DNA of 32,000 nt, from NCBI RefSeq assembly GCF_000020025.1, contig NC_010628.1, positions 1,110,001 through 1,142,000 of the forward strand, read 5' to 3'. The notes below the pieces were generated by a model. The model had not been told where the DNA came from. It was given only the letters and a program-made list of their open reading frames with translations, and searched no databases. The DNA comes from Nostoc punctiforme PCC 73102. Its GTDB lineage: Bacteria > Cyanobacteriota > Cyanobacteriia > Cyanobacteriales > Nostocaceae. A program made the translations under genes and the position numbers. Positions 8,387-18,477 of the stretch are shown here, piece by piece; position 1 is the stretch's first letter, and every line of letters starts with the position of its first letter.

Positions 8387-8674
8387 AGGAGTTAGGAGTT
8401 GAAAAAATTCATAACTTATAACTCATAACTCTATTCCCCCACTCCTTCTCTGGCCCCATCTGGGGGCAAAATGATACTATGAAGAAAGACTAAATATAAG
8501 ATAAGAGTTAAAACCAATCAGTTTACTAAATGATTGGCTAGTTTTTCTCCTGTTTTTGAGGTAATTTTCATTTGACACCCATCCACAACCAAGACGGTTG
8601 GTTTGGGTTAAATGTTTATAATCAATGCCGAACCTTTAATCCCCATCCCCCTTGATTCAGTTCTATAATCTGCC

Positions 8675-11467
8675 ATGCTAAAACTTTTGTTGGGCGACCC
8701 CAACGCTCGTAAGCTTAAAAAATACCAACCTTCTGTTACTGAAATTAACCTTTTAGAGGAAGAAATTAAGGTTCTTTCCGATGAGGAGCTAAAAGGTAAA
8801 ACTGCCGAATTTAAACAACGACTCGCCAAAGGTGAAGCCCTGGATGACCTTTTGCCAGAAGCTTACGCCGTTGTTCGGGAAGCAGGACGGCGAGTGTTAG
8901 GCTTGCGGCACTTTGATGTCCAACTCCTTGGCGGTATCATTTTGCACGTAGGGCAAATTGCCGAAATGAAAACTGGTGAGGGTAAAACGCTCGTAGCAAC
9001 CTTACCAAGTTATTTAAATGCCTTGACTGGTAAAGGTGTACATGTCATTACCGTGAACGATTACCTGGCTCGTCGGGATGCTGAATGGATGGGACAGGTG
9101 CATCGGTTCTTGGGGTTGAGTGTGGGGCTAATCCAGTCAAGCATGACTCCCAGTGAACGCCAGAAGAACTACGATTGCGATATCACTTATGTCACCAACA
9201 GCGAAGTCGGCTTTGACTACCTGCGGGATAACATGGCGACATCAATGGCAGATGTGGTCCAACGTCCGTTCAATTATTGCGTAATTGACGAGGTAGACTC
9301 AATTTTAATTGATGAGGCGCGGACACCTCTGATTATTTCTGGGCAGGTGGAAAGACCTACAGAAAAGTATCTGCAAGCGGCTGAAATAGCATTCACACTC
9401 AAAAAAGACGAACATTATGATGTAGATGAAAAAGCTCGTAACGTGCTATTGACAGATGAAGGCTTTGCGGAAGCCGAAAATCTTTTGGGAGTCACAGATT
9501 TATTTGACCCAGAAGATCCTTGGGCGCACTTCGTTTTCAATGCAATTAAAGCCAAAGAACTTTTCCTTAAGGATGTAAATTACATCGTCCGCAATGGGGA
9601 AGTAGTAATTGTGGATGAATTTACCGGTCGGGTGTTACCTGGACGGCGTTGGAGTGATGGACTACACCAAGCTATTGAAGCCAAAGAACACGAAGAGATT
9701 CAGCCAGAAACTCAAACTCTAGCGACAATTACTTATCAAAATCTGTTCTTGCTGTATCCAAAACTCGGTGGAATGACCGGAACAGCAAAAACGGAAGAAC
9801 CAGAATTTGAAAAAATTTACAAACTGGAAGTTGCGGTAATCCCTACCAACCGTGACAGAAGACGCGAAGACTTGTCTGATATGGTCTTTAAGACAGAAGC
9901 AGGTAAGTGGGGTGCGATCGCCAGAGAATGTGCGGAAATGCACGAACTTGGTAGACCTGTGTTGGTGGGAACCACTAGTGTCGAAAAATCCGAACTTCTC
10001 AGCCGATTGCTGAAGCAGCTAGAGATTCCCCACGAATTACTCAACGCCAGACCGGAAAACGTCGAGCGTGAAGCGGAAATTGTCGCCCAAGCTGGACGGA
10101 AAGGTGCTGTTACTATCGCTACTAACATGGCTGGTAGAGGTACAGACATCATCTTGGGTGGTAACTCCGAATACATGGCACGTTTGAAGCTGCGGGAATA
10201 TTTTATGCCCCGCATCGTCATGCCAGAAGATGAAGATAGCTTTGGCGTTCAAAGACCAGCCGGATTGCCTACAGGACATGGTGGTGGTCAAGGCTTTGTC
10301 CCTGGCAAAAAAGTCAAAACTTGGCGGGCTTCACCAGAAATTTTCCCCACCCAACTGACAAAAGAAACAGAGAAACTACTTAAAGATGCAGTAGAAATTG
10401 CAGTCCGTGAGTATGGCGATCGCAGTTTACCGGAACTCGAAGCTGAAGACAAGGTAGCTGTGGCTGCCGAAAAAGCTCCTATCGACGACCCTGTGATTCT
10501 GAAATTGCGGGAAGCTTACAACCGGGTTAAACAGGAATACGAACAATTTACTACCCGCGAACATGATGAGGTAGTAGGAATCGGTGGTTTGCACGTAATT
10601 GGTACAGAACGCCACGAATCGCGGCGGATTGATAACCAGTTGCGGGGACGTGCAGGTAGACAAGGCGACCCTGGAACCACGAGATTCTTCCTCAGCTTAG
10701 AGGATAACCTACTGCGGATTTTTGGTGGCGATCGCGTTGCTGGGTTAATGAATGCTTTCCAAGTGGAAGAAGATATGCCCATCGAGTCTGGGATGCTTAC
10801 CCGCAGTTTGGAAGGCGCACAGAAAAAAGTCGAAACCTACTACTATGACATCCGTAAGCAGGTATTTGAGTATGACGAGGTGATGAACAATCAACGTCGT
10901 GCTATTTACGCCGAACGCCGTCGGGTTTTAGAAGGTCAAGATTTGAAAGAACAGGTAATCAAGTACGCTGAAAAAACGATGGATGACATCGTTGACTACT
11001 ACATCAACATAGATTTACCCTCCGAAGAGTGGGAGTTAGAAAAGTTGGTTGAGAAAGTCAAAGAATTCGTCTATCTACTAGCAGACTTGCAGCCAAATCA
11101 ATTAGAAGATATGACAGTCGGCGAGATTAAAGCTTTCCTCCATGAACAGGTGCGAATTGCTTACGACCTCAAAGAAGCGCAAATTGACCAAGTTCAACCA
11201 GGACTGATGCGCCAAGCTGAACGTTTCTTTATCTTGCAACGCATTGATACCCTGTGGCGGGAACACCTGCAACAAATGGATGCCTTACGTGAATCGGTGG
11301 GATTACGTGGTTACGGGCAAAAAGATCCACTAATTGAGTATAAGAGCGAGGGTTACGAACTCTTCTTGGATATGATGGTCAACATCCGCCGAGATGTGGT
11401 TTACTCGTTGTTTATGTTCCAACCGCAGCCACAGCAAATGATGCAGGCATCATCAGAGATGGTGTAA
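8675..11467 (+). CDS. secA: Preprotein translocase ATPase SecA
   Basis: The 930-aa ORF starts [10 protein letters not shown] and contains [14 protein letters not shown] (Walker A), [19 protein letters not shown] (DEAD motor), TGMTGTA and [25 protein letters not shown]. Confidence 0.98.
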
Positions 11468-11495
11468 GTAGAGAATATCTCATGCAGAGACGCAG

Positions 11496-11527
11496 AGACG
11501 CAGAGGCGTTTTTGCGTCTTTGTATTT
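11496..11527 (+). terminator. Candidate rho-independent terminator after secA
   Basis: The stem AGACGCA (11496..11502) pairs with TGCGTCT (11513..11519) and is followed by ttgtatttt. It is preceded by tandem cagagacg units. Confidence 0.5.
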
Positions 11528-11571
11528 TAAGGCATCTCTCAAAAATATTTTGTTTTCAGGAGTTTGCTGAA

Positions 11572-12030
11572 ATGGGTAAGCTGATACTACCAAATCTTCA
11601 AGGTAAGCAAATGGGGCAAGTAATAGTTACCCTTACTGTCACGAATCGAATTGATCAAGTTTTGGCTCAACGAGGCTTTATTTCTTCGCAGGAAGTTCGC
11701 TCTTATACTCTGGATAATGTTTTAGTTGATACGGGTGCGACTTTGCTGTGTTTACCTGCTAGCATTCTTAGTCAACTAGGTTTAGTCCAAGGTGGAGAAG
11801 CCCAGGTAGAGACTGCTGCTGGAGTGCAGCAGGGGCGAATTTTTCGCGATGTAGAACTAAGTATTGGAGAACGTCAAGGAACCTTTGATTGTCTGGAACT
11901 CACAGAAGTACCTTATGCCCTTTTGGGTGTAACGCCAATGGAAGTTTTAGGATTAGAACCAGACCTTAAAAATCGGAAGTTGCGGATTTTGCCGATGAAT
12001 TCTGAGCAAACTTATTTGAGTGTATTGTAA
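11572..12030 (+). CDS. Retropepsin-like (clan AA) aspartic protease
   Basis: The VLVDTGATLLCLP motif (D-T-G-A active-site signature) lies in a protein of about 140-150 aa. The tracked ORF starts at 11482, but that part overlaps the secA terminator. ATG 11572 or 11611 is the probable start. Confidence 0.7.
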   Translation: MGKLILPNLQGKQMGQVIVTLTVTNRIDQVLAQRGFISSQEVRSYTLDNVLVDTGATLLCLPASILSQLGLVQGGEAQVETAAGVQQGRIFRDVELSIGERQGTFDCLELTEVPYALLGVTPMEVLGLEPDLKNRKLRILPMNSEQTYLSVL

Positions 12031-12178
12031 GCGATCGTATATTTTATGCTGAAAGCAGGTACTCAGTTTTTCAGATTTGGCATTGGCTGGACAAACACTT
12101 TATAGGATTAGAAAGACCTCAGATAATCAGGGGAGGACAGAATTCATGAAACTAATAAGAGAAATAGTAAATTAATGA

Positions 12179-12511
12179 ATGAAAAAGCTCTTATTTATCT
12201 GTAGCCAGAATAAATTGCGAAGCCCCACAGTTGAGGCTGTGTTTTCTGAATATGAAGGATTTGAAACAGATTCAGCAGGTTTAGATCGCCATGCCGAAGT
12301 ACCATTATCAACTGAGGCTATTCGATGGGCTGATATGATATTTGTGATGGAAAAACCTCATAAAAGCAAGCTATCAAAAAATTTTCAGCCCTTTCTTAAA
12401 GATAAAAAGATTATCTGTTTAGATATACCAGATGACTATGAGTATATGGAACCAGCTTTAATTGAGTTGTTAAAACAGAAAGTTCTACCAATATTAAGAA
12501 TTAAAAAATGA
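12179..12511 (+). CDS. Low-molecular-weight phosphotyrosine phosphatase-like protein (short form)
   Basis: The N-terminal P-loop LLFICSQNKLRS matches C-x5-R-S/T. At 110 aa it is shorter than classic LMW-PTP/ArsC. Its stop overlaps the next start in an ATGA junction. Confidence 0.65.
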   Translation: MKKLLFICSQNKLRSPTVEAVFSEYEGFETDSAGLDRHAEVPLSTEAIRWADMIFVMEKPHKSKLSKNFQPFLKDKKIICLDIPDDYEYMEPALIELLKQKVLPILRIKK

Positions 12512-13191
12512 ATATTCAAGAAGCTTTTAATGCTGCCGCAGTAGATTACGATAGCTTACGTCGGATTCTAATTCCCTGTTTTGATGACTTTTACAAAACA
12601 GCTGTTGAAATCATCCCAATCGAGCGCACCGCACCGATAAAGGTTCTAGATTTGGGTGCTGGTACTGGACTTTACTCAGGTATGGTGCAATCTGTTTTTC
12701 CAAATGCAGAGTTAACCTTACTAGACTTAGCCCCTGAGATGTTAGAGAAAGCTAAGTTGAGATTTAGCAAAATGGGTAAATCTCCCAAAATCTTAATCGG
12801 TGACTACGTTGAGACTAATTTAGATGATTCCTACGACCTAATAATCTCTGCCTTATCTATTCATCATCTTTCTGATTTTGACAAAGAACTTCTTTATCAA
12901 CGGATTTATAATTTCCTCAATCCTGGAGGGATATTTGTCAACGCTGACCAAGTTCTCGGCAAAACCCCTGATTTAGAAGAACTTTATCGTCAACACTGGT
13001 TAGATTCTGTCCGTGCTAAGGGTATCTCAGAAGAGGATCTTAAAGCTGCACAAAAACGTATGGAATACGATCGCATGGCAACCCTTGAGATTCAACTTCA
13101 CTGGCTAGAAGCAGCTGGGTTTCAAAATGTGGATTGCTGGTACAAAAATTTTAGCTTTGCGGTTTTTGGGGGTTATCGACCGACTATTTAA
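12508..13191 (+). CDS. Class I SAM-dependent methyltransferase
   Basis: It has motif I VLDLGAGTGLY and post-I LLDLAPEML, then ALSIHHL and LNPGGIFVNAD. Substrate is unknown. Confidence 0.85.
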   Translation: MNIQEAFNAAAVDYDSLRRILIPCFDDFYKTAVEIIPIERTAPIKVLDLGAGTGLYSGMVQSVFPNAELTLLDLAPEMLEKAKLRFSKMGKSPKILIGDYVETNLDDSYDLIISALSIHHLSDFDKELLYQRIYNFLNPGGIFVNADQVLGKTPDLEELYRQHWLDSVRAKGISEEDLKAAQKRMEYDRMATLEIQLHWLEAAGFQNVDCWYKNFSFAVFGGYRPTI

Positions 13192-13228
13192 CTGCTTTTT
13201 TTGTAATAAAGAGCCCATACAAAATTGA

Positions 13229-13690
13229 TTATTTGCCAGAACAGTAGCTATTAATTTCGTTAACTATTGAACTTTCTTCGGTACTACTTTTTTTCAGAGA
13301 TACCAAAAAGCCCTTTGCTGCTGGTAAATTCTTTTTATCTATAGCTCCTGCGGCATTGTTCAATTCCTTGCTGATGTTCTGATAGAGTGTGATAAAGCGC
13401 CCTTGAAAACCTTGTAGCTTTTCATCTTTAATTTCGAGAGTTTTCATCTCTTGGGCAAGTGGATCTATTTTACCAGCAAGTTCTGTTAAAGCTTTAGAAC
13501 CTTTTGCTGGATTGGGGTTTTTACTAAATTCCTGACCTAGAGTAGATGCTTGATTAGCAACCTTGATAACTTTGTTACATTGGGCAACTTTACTTTCTCC
13601 GCACCCTGCAAATAATAATGCGATCGCAGTAGTGACTGAAAGCATAAAACTTTGTTTAAATACGCGTTGCATAAATCCTATTATCTCCAA
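13229..13690 (-). CDS. Putative lipoprotein, function unknown
   Basis: It has a signal-like N-terminus with a lipobox (ALLFAGC); the remainder is Lys/Glu-rich and helical-looking. Confidence 0.55.
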   Translation of the reverse strand: MEIIGFMQRVFKQSFMLSVTTAIALLFAGCGESKVAQCNKVIKVANQASTLGQEFSKNPNPAKGSKALTELAGKIDPLAQEMKTLEIKDEKLQGFQGRFITLYQNISKELNNAAGAIDKKNLPAAKGFLVSLKKSSTEESSIVNEINSYCSGK

Positions 13691-13859
13691 CTAGGTTTCG
13701 GGAAAGTTGAGCAGCAGAAATAGATGGACAGCGAAAATACTTTTTTATAAAAATAATCTTGATTTCTATTGCCCTGCTACTTTATACTTCATTTTTTCGA
13801 TAACGTATATGTAATTACACTTAAGTAGCAAAATTTAACATTCTCTAGTTGGGTTGCAC

Positions 13860-16412
13860 TTATTCTCCCAATTTGGGAATTAACTTCAATGTCGCAGCAG
13901 TGTTATCTGTGACATTCCTTTGTTGCGACAACATTTGGTGATATTCAATATTGCGCCAAGAATCAACCATATCGTTGTAGTGGGTATGGAAAGCATGGCC
14001 TGACTGTCCAGGTGTATGAATTGCAACTGAGTTATCCAATTTTCCCAAATCTACGATCATCCGTAGAGAAGGAATATCTGTCACCTCAAAGGATTTATTT
14101 GCTCTCCATCGGTTAGCATTCACTGTTTCGCCGTTACCAGCCGTTGCAAATGCACCACGATTAAATAAACTTTCAATCGGTGCAACCCCAGATTTACCTA
14201 AAGTGGCATTACGGAAAGTAACAGTATGTAGTTTGCCCCAATTCCAGTTTTTCGGATCTTTACTTTGAATCCTTTCTAGTTCATCCACGGCTTCTGTAAA
14301 GGATTGCCGCAGAATTTCGTCGCGATTCTCAACTTTTGGGGTGTTGCGATTATCCCACCAAGAACTATTGGGCTGTTTTACTAAATTTGCTACCACAGCA
14401 TACCAGCGATCGCCCCCGTTGGGAAAATATCTCTCAGGTAACTGATCGTGAAACGTGTCTTTTAGCAAGTGTTTCCAGAATACTTCAAACAAGGCAGCAG
14501 CCGATGATGTCATTCCCAACTGCAAATTCCAATCTTGCAAAAGTTTTTGGGCTGCTTGCAAGCGGGGAGTATCAACAGTGATAGATTGCAGTAGTGGTAC
14601 TAATGTTTGTGCATTGAGATTGCGATCGTCACCCTGTATTTGCTGCACATCTTCCAGGGAAATCGGTTCGGTTTGTTGTGAAATCATCTCAACGATGCGC
14701 TGTGCCCGATAGCCATAAACCCAATCTGCGGTAATTAAGTAAGGATATTTACGCATCACTAAATTATTGGCAGTAGCAATATAACCTTGAGATGGATTGA
14801 AACTTTTGGGTAACTTCTCAAAGTCAATATAGCCTTGCCACTCATATTCATCTGTCCAACCAGGAACGGGATAACGCCCATTTCCCTTAGCTCGGATGGG
14901 GAATTTACCAGGCATTTGGTAGCCAATGTTGCCATCAACGTCAGCGTAGACCAAGTTTTGAGCGGGGACATCATAATTACTGGCAGCAGTGCGGAATTCC
15001 TGCCAGTTTTGGGCGCGATTGATTTGGGGAATAGCATAGCCTAATTTGGAAGGTTCTAGAGCTGTCCAGCGCAGGGCTACGGCGTAGTTTTGAGGTATTT
15101 CTAAGGGCTGACTTGCCTGGAACTTCTTCAGATTGGGTGAAACATCAGAGAGAATCGGCCCATGTCGGGTATAGCGCACCGTTTGCACAATCGGCTGACT
15201 CCCCGCAACTTGAATTGTTTCTTGCACGAGTTTCATATCAACCCATTTGCCATTTACCTCATACTGATTGGGGTTTTTGGGATTGATTTTCTCGATGTAT
15301 AAATCCATCACATCAGATAGTACATTAGTTACACCCCAGGCAATGCGATCGCTATGACCGATAATTACCCCAATCATCCCGGCAAAGGAAAAGCCAGTAA
15401 CGTTGTAGGGACATTCTGCACTCTTAGATATGCAGTGCAAACCAACCTCGTACCATATAGAGGGTATTTGCACACCTAAATGGGGGTCATTTGCCAAAAT
15501 TGGCTTACCTGTATCTGTAAGCTCACCGGATATCACCCAGTTATTGGAACCAATGCCTATCCCCGTAGGCCCTATGAGTTGTTCCAAAGCCATCATCGGC
15601 TTGGTAATTGACTCTATTACCTCTTCAATACCAAAAGCAGTGAATTGTGTCTCGTCAGAATTTTCATCCTCTCCTGTTTTCCCTTTTTGGAACTCAGGTA
15701 AAATCGCTGGCAAGTCTTGAGGATAAGGTGGATAAAGTTCTTCTACTTGAGTGGGAGTAAGGGTTTTAAGTAGTATGGCACGTTCAACTTCACTCTGGAA
15801 ATTTGTACCCAAATCGTAGGCCATCACCTTCCCCCAAGTCAGAGAATGCAATATTTGCCAAGGTTCTGGCTTATACCCAGGATTGAGGAATTTTAGCACA
15901 GCGTATTCTAGACTCAGGGCGTTACCTTGATGCTCTTTCAGATAAGCATTGACACCATCTGAATATGCTTCCAGGTATGCCTTCATCTCTGCATTAATTT
16001 CCTGAATTTCTTGCTGCGCCACCCTTGCCCAACCCATTGTCCGCAGATATCTATCAGTGTCAACCTGAGAGGAACCAAACATTTCTGAGAGTCGCCCAGA
16101 ACCGATGTGTCGCCAAAAATCCATTTGCCAAAAACGGTCTTGGGCGTGGATATAACCTTGCGCCATAAATAAATCGTGAGAGTTGGCAGCATAAATGTGG
16201 GGAATTCCCCATTTATCGCGCTGGACGGTTACTTCAGCTTTGAGTTGAGGTAGTTGAATTGTGCCACTCTCTTGCGGAAAGGATTGGCGTACAGTGTAAG
16301 TGGCCAATCCCACTAACAATAGCCCCAGCACTAACAGCACAATTAAACTTCTTTTGAGAATCCGAGGAAACCAACGTTTCCTAAAGCTTTTTATTTGGGC
16401 TGGTTGTGGCAT
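13860..16412 (-). CDS. Penicillin acylase family Ntn-hydrolase, AHL-acylase-like (comparable to Anabaena AiiC / Pseudomonas QuiP-PvdQ type)
   Basis: The 850-aa ORF has an N-terminal membrane/signal segment. The GSNNW motif marks the autoproteolytic site and nucleophilic Ser, and family-wide similarity is visible (DRFWQMD, LANDPHL, NVTGFSFAG). Confidence 0.9.
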   Translation of the reverse strand: MPQPAQIKSFRKRWFPRILKRSLIVLLVLGLLLVGLATYTVRQSFPQESGTIQLPQLKAEVTVQRDKWGIPHIYAANSHDLFMAQGYIHAQDRFWQMDFWRHIGSGRLSEMFGSSQVDTDRYLRTMGWARVAQQEIQEINAEMKAYLEAYSDGVNAYLKEHQGNALSLEYAVLKFLNPGYKPEPWQILHSLTWGKVMAYDLGTNFQSEVERAILLKTLTPTQVEELYPPYPQDLPAILPEFQKGKTGEDENSDETQFTAFGIEEVIESITKPMMALEQLIGPTGIGIGSNNWVISGELTDTGKPILANDPHLGVQIPSIWYEVGLHCISKSAECPYNVTGFSFAGMIGVIIGHSDRIAWGVTNVLSDVMDLYIEKINPKNPNQYEVNGKWVDMKLVQETIQVAGSQPIVQTVRYTRHGPILSDVSPNLKKFQASQPLEIPQNYAVALRWTALEPSKLGYAIPQINRAQNWQEFRTAASNYDVPAQNLVYADVDGNIGYQMPGKFPIRAKGNGRYPVPGWTDEYEWQGYIDFEKLPKSFNPSQGYIATANNLVMRKYPYLITADWVYGYRAQRIVEMISQQTEPISLEDVQQIQGDDRNLNAQTLVPLLQSITVDTPRLQAAQKLLQDWNLQLGMTSSAAALFEVFWKHLLKDTFHDQLPERYFPNGGDRWYAVVANLVKQPNSSWWDNRNTPKVENRDEILRQSFTEAVDELERIQSKDPKNWNWGKLHTVTFRNATLGKSGVAPIESLFNRGAFATAGNGETVNANRWRANKSFEVTDIPSLRMIVDLGKLDNSVAIHTPGQSGHAFHTHYNDMVDSWRNIEYHQMLSQQRNVTDNTAATLKLIPKLGE

Positions 16413-16526
16413 TGTTTAGTAAAATCACACGATGTTACAACGTTGATATTACAGTAGAGCGAGCAATATTAATTTGATGCCCACAAAATTCTGGGAAACT
16501 CCTCTAAACAAGTTGGCTAGTTGAAA

Positions 16527-16640
16527 AAGAGGCAAGGGAGCAGGGGGCAGAGGTGGGAGACGGAGAGACTTGTTTAATAATTCCCCCTTGTCCCTCTTGT
16601 CCCCCTGCTCCCTTGCTCCCCAGCTCCCTGCCTCTTCCTC
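16527..16640. repeat. G-rich / C-rich inverted-repeat element (GGGAGCAGGGGG ... CCCCCTGCTCCC)
   Basis: The arms gaggcaagggagcagggggcagagg and ccccctgctcccttgctcc include a 16-nt exact complement. The element lies just downstream of the ndhD stop. Related elements are at 24463..24582 and 31733..31813. Confidence 0.7.
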
Positions 16641-16663
16641 GACAAGCCTATTAGTCAAAAAGC

Positions 16664-18352
16664 TTACTTCAAAGTTCCCAAAACGGGCGCTACCTCAACC
16701 TCTGAAATTTGCGGAACCAATAAACTCTTAGCATAAATCTGAGGATTTGTTTGCGAGACTATGGCATAAGACTGGCGAAGATTAGCATTCACTGCCACAG
16801 TCTTCACGTCGTACATCTGCATCGCTATCTTGGGATAGAAACCAATACCAATAATCATCAGCAGAAAACAGGCAGCGATAAACACTTCACGAGGTCTAGC
16901 ATCGTCGTAGACTGCATCCTCTGGCACGAAGCAATCTGTACCAAAACAAACTGTTCCCTCATCTTCTTGATTTTCTGAGCCTGCATTATTAATGTCGCAT
17001 ATCAGCGCTGCACCGTCACCATAAAATACCTCTCGCAGCATGGAAAGTAAATAAATGGGTGTGAGGATAACTCCAACTGCGGCAAGAAAAACTGTGACAG
17101 TGCAGAAAGTCGAACTGTAAACGTCACTGCTTGTCATACCAACGAATACTGAGAGTTCGCCAGCAAAACCGCTCATACCGGGAAGTGCTAGAGATGCCAT
17201 TGCGCTGATTGTAAATAGGGCAAAGACTTTGGGCATGGCTTGACCAATGCCACCCATATCTTTCATTACCATTGTGTGGGTGCGATCGTAAGTAACTCCA
17301 GCCAAGAAGAACAGCACTGAGGCAATCAAACCATGCGAGATCATTTGCAACATCGCGCCGTTGATTCCCAAATCAGTGAATGAGGCAATACCAAGAAGTA
17401 CAAACCCCATGTGGGAAATCGACGAATAAGCCAAACGCCGCTTCATATTCGTCTGAGCAAAGGAGTTTAATGCACCATAGATAATGTTGACAACACCCAG
17501 AATGGCTAGAACTGGCGCAAAGTAAATGTGTGCATCGGGGAGTAGCTCAAGATTCAGGCGAATTAGTCCATATCCACCCATCTTTAGCAACACACCAGCC
17601 AAAATCATCGATACAGGAGAGGATGCTTCGCCGTGGGCATCAGGCAACCAGGTATGCATCGGGAAAACAGCAAGCTTGACACCAAATGCAATCAATAACC
17701 CTGCATAAAGTAACAGTTGTAGACCAAGGGGATATTCCTTACTTGCGAGGGCAGTTATGTCAAATGTCGTATCACCGCCGCCGTATAACCCCATTGCCAA
17801 GGCTGCAACCAAAATAAATATAGAAGCGGCTGCGGTATACAACAAAAATTTCGTAGCCGCATAACGCCGTCTTTGTCCACCCCAAATGCATACTAGTAGG
17901 TAGACGGGGATTAGCTCTACTTCCCACATAATGAAAAATAGCAGCAAGTCTTTGGCAACGAACACCCCTACTTGTGCAGAATAAAGCACCAGCATTAAAA
18001 AATAGAAGAGGCGGGGGCGGCGATCGACTTGCCAAGCTGAAAAAATCGAGAGTGTGGTGACAAATCCTGCTAGAAGCACAAGTGGCACTGAAAGTCCATC
18101 AACTGATACTGCCCAGTTCAAGCCTAACTGAGGCATCCAGGCATAACTTTCTACAAGTTGAAAACTAGCACTGCTGGCATCGTAATGCTTCCAAAAGGCA
18201 TAGCACATCAAGGCAAAGTCTGCAATACCTACACCCAGTGCATACCACCGCACGAGCTTGCCATCTTTATCAGGTAGCACAGGAATGAGCAAGGAAGCAA
18301 CGAGTGGCAGCAAGACAATCGCGGTAAGCCAGGGAAATTGATCCGCTATCAT
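16664..18352 (-). CDS. ndhD: NAD(P)H-quinone oxidoreductase (NDH-1) subunit 4, NdhD1/D2-type
   Basis: The 562-aa polytopic membrane protein starts [24 protein letters not shown] and contains [28 protein letters not shown] and [15 protein letters not shown], typical of NdhD/NuoM. Confidence 0.95.
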   Translation of the reverse strand: MIADQFPWLTAIVLLPLVASLLIPVLPDKDGKLVRWYALGVGIADFALMCYAFWKHYDASSASFQLVESYAWMPQLGLNWAVSVDGLSVPLVLLAGFVTTLSIFSAWQVDRRPRLFYFLMLVLYSAQVGVFVAKDLLLFFIMWEVELIPVYLLVCIWGGQRRRYAATKFLLYTAAASIFILVAALAMGLYGGGDTTFDITALASKEYPLGLQLLLYAGLLIAFGVKLAVFPMHTWLPDAHGEASSPVSMILAGVLLKMGGYGLIRLNLELLPDAHIYFAPVLAILGVVNIIYGALNSFAQTNMKRRLAYSSISHMGFVLLGIASFTDLGINGAMLQMISHGLIASVLFFLAGVTYDRTHTMVMKDMGGIGQAMPKVFALFTISAMASLALPGMSGFAGELSVFVGMTSSDVYSSTFCTVTVFLAAVGVILTPIYLLSMLREVFYGDGAALICDINNAGSENQEDEGTVCFGTDCFVPEDAVYDDARPREVFIAACFLLMIIGIGFYPKIAMQMYDVKTVAVNANLRQSYAIVSQTNPQIYAKSLLVPQISEVEVAPVLGTLK

Positions 18353-18477
18353 GTATATGAGGAAAAATACTTATTTGTTCGTCAATTATGTCATTTTACT
18401 AAAGTGTGTAACAATTTCTTAATAAATCTTTGTACAGGTAATCGATTTGACCAAAAGAGAATTGTTTGTCAGTATAT

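Noticed and set aside
8662-8667. TATAAT hexamer 8 nt upstream of the secA ATG, suggesting a leaderless transcript
   Set aside because: A single hexamer match in AT-rich sequence is weak evidence and no -35 partner was identified. This cannot be supported without TSS data.
9719-10782. Several antisense ORFs inside secA (9719..9943, 9817..10221, 10037..10291, 10427..10663, 10516..10782)
   Set aside because: They lie opposite a full-length, unmistakable secA frame and have shadow-ORF composition with no recognisable motifs.
11482-11571. N-terminal 30 codons of the tracked 182-aa ORF
   Set aside because: They overlap the secA terminator hairpin and tandem cagagacg units. Protease-like sequence starts after ATG 11572/11611.
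14336-15720. Antisense or alternative-frame ORFs within the acylase gene, and similar ones in ribF (4409..4946), MoxR (5983..6279), ndhD (16751..18035), the kinase gene and rbp (25007..25346)
   Set aside because: All are embedded in well-supported longer CDSs on the other strand or frame, and none has independent evidence.
16449-16658. 69-aa ORF, and likewise 24254..24631 (+), 31627..31815 (-), 31637..31819 (-) and 31653..31844 (+)
   Set aside because: They translate the G-rich/C-rich inverted-repeat elements (runs of Pro/Leu/Gly/Ala/Glu). They have no start context and no family resemblance.
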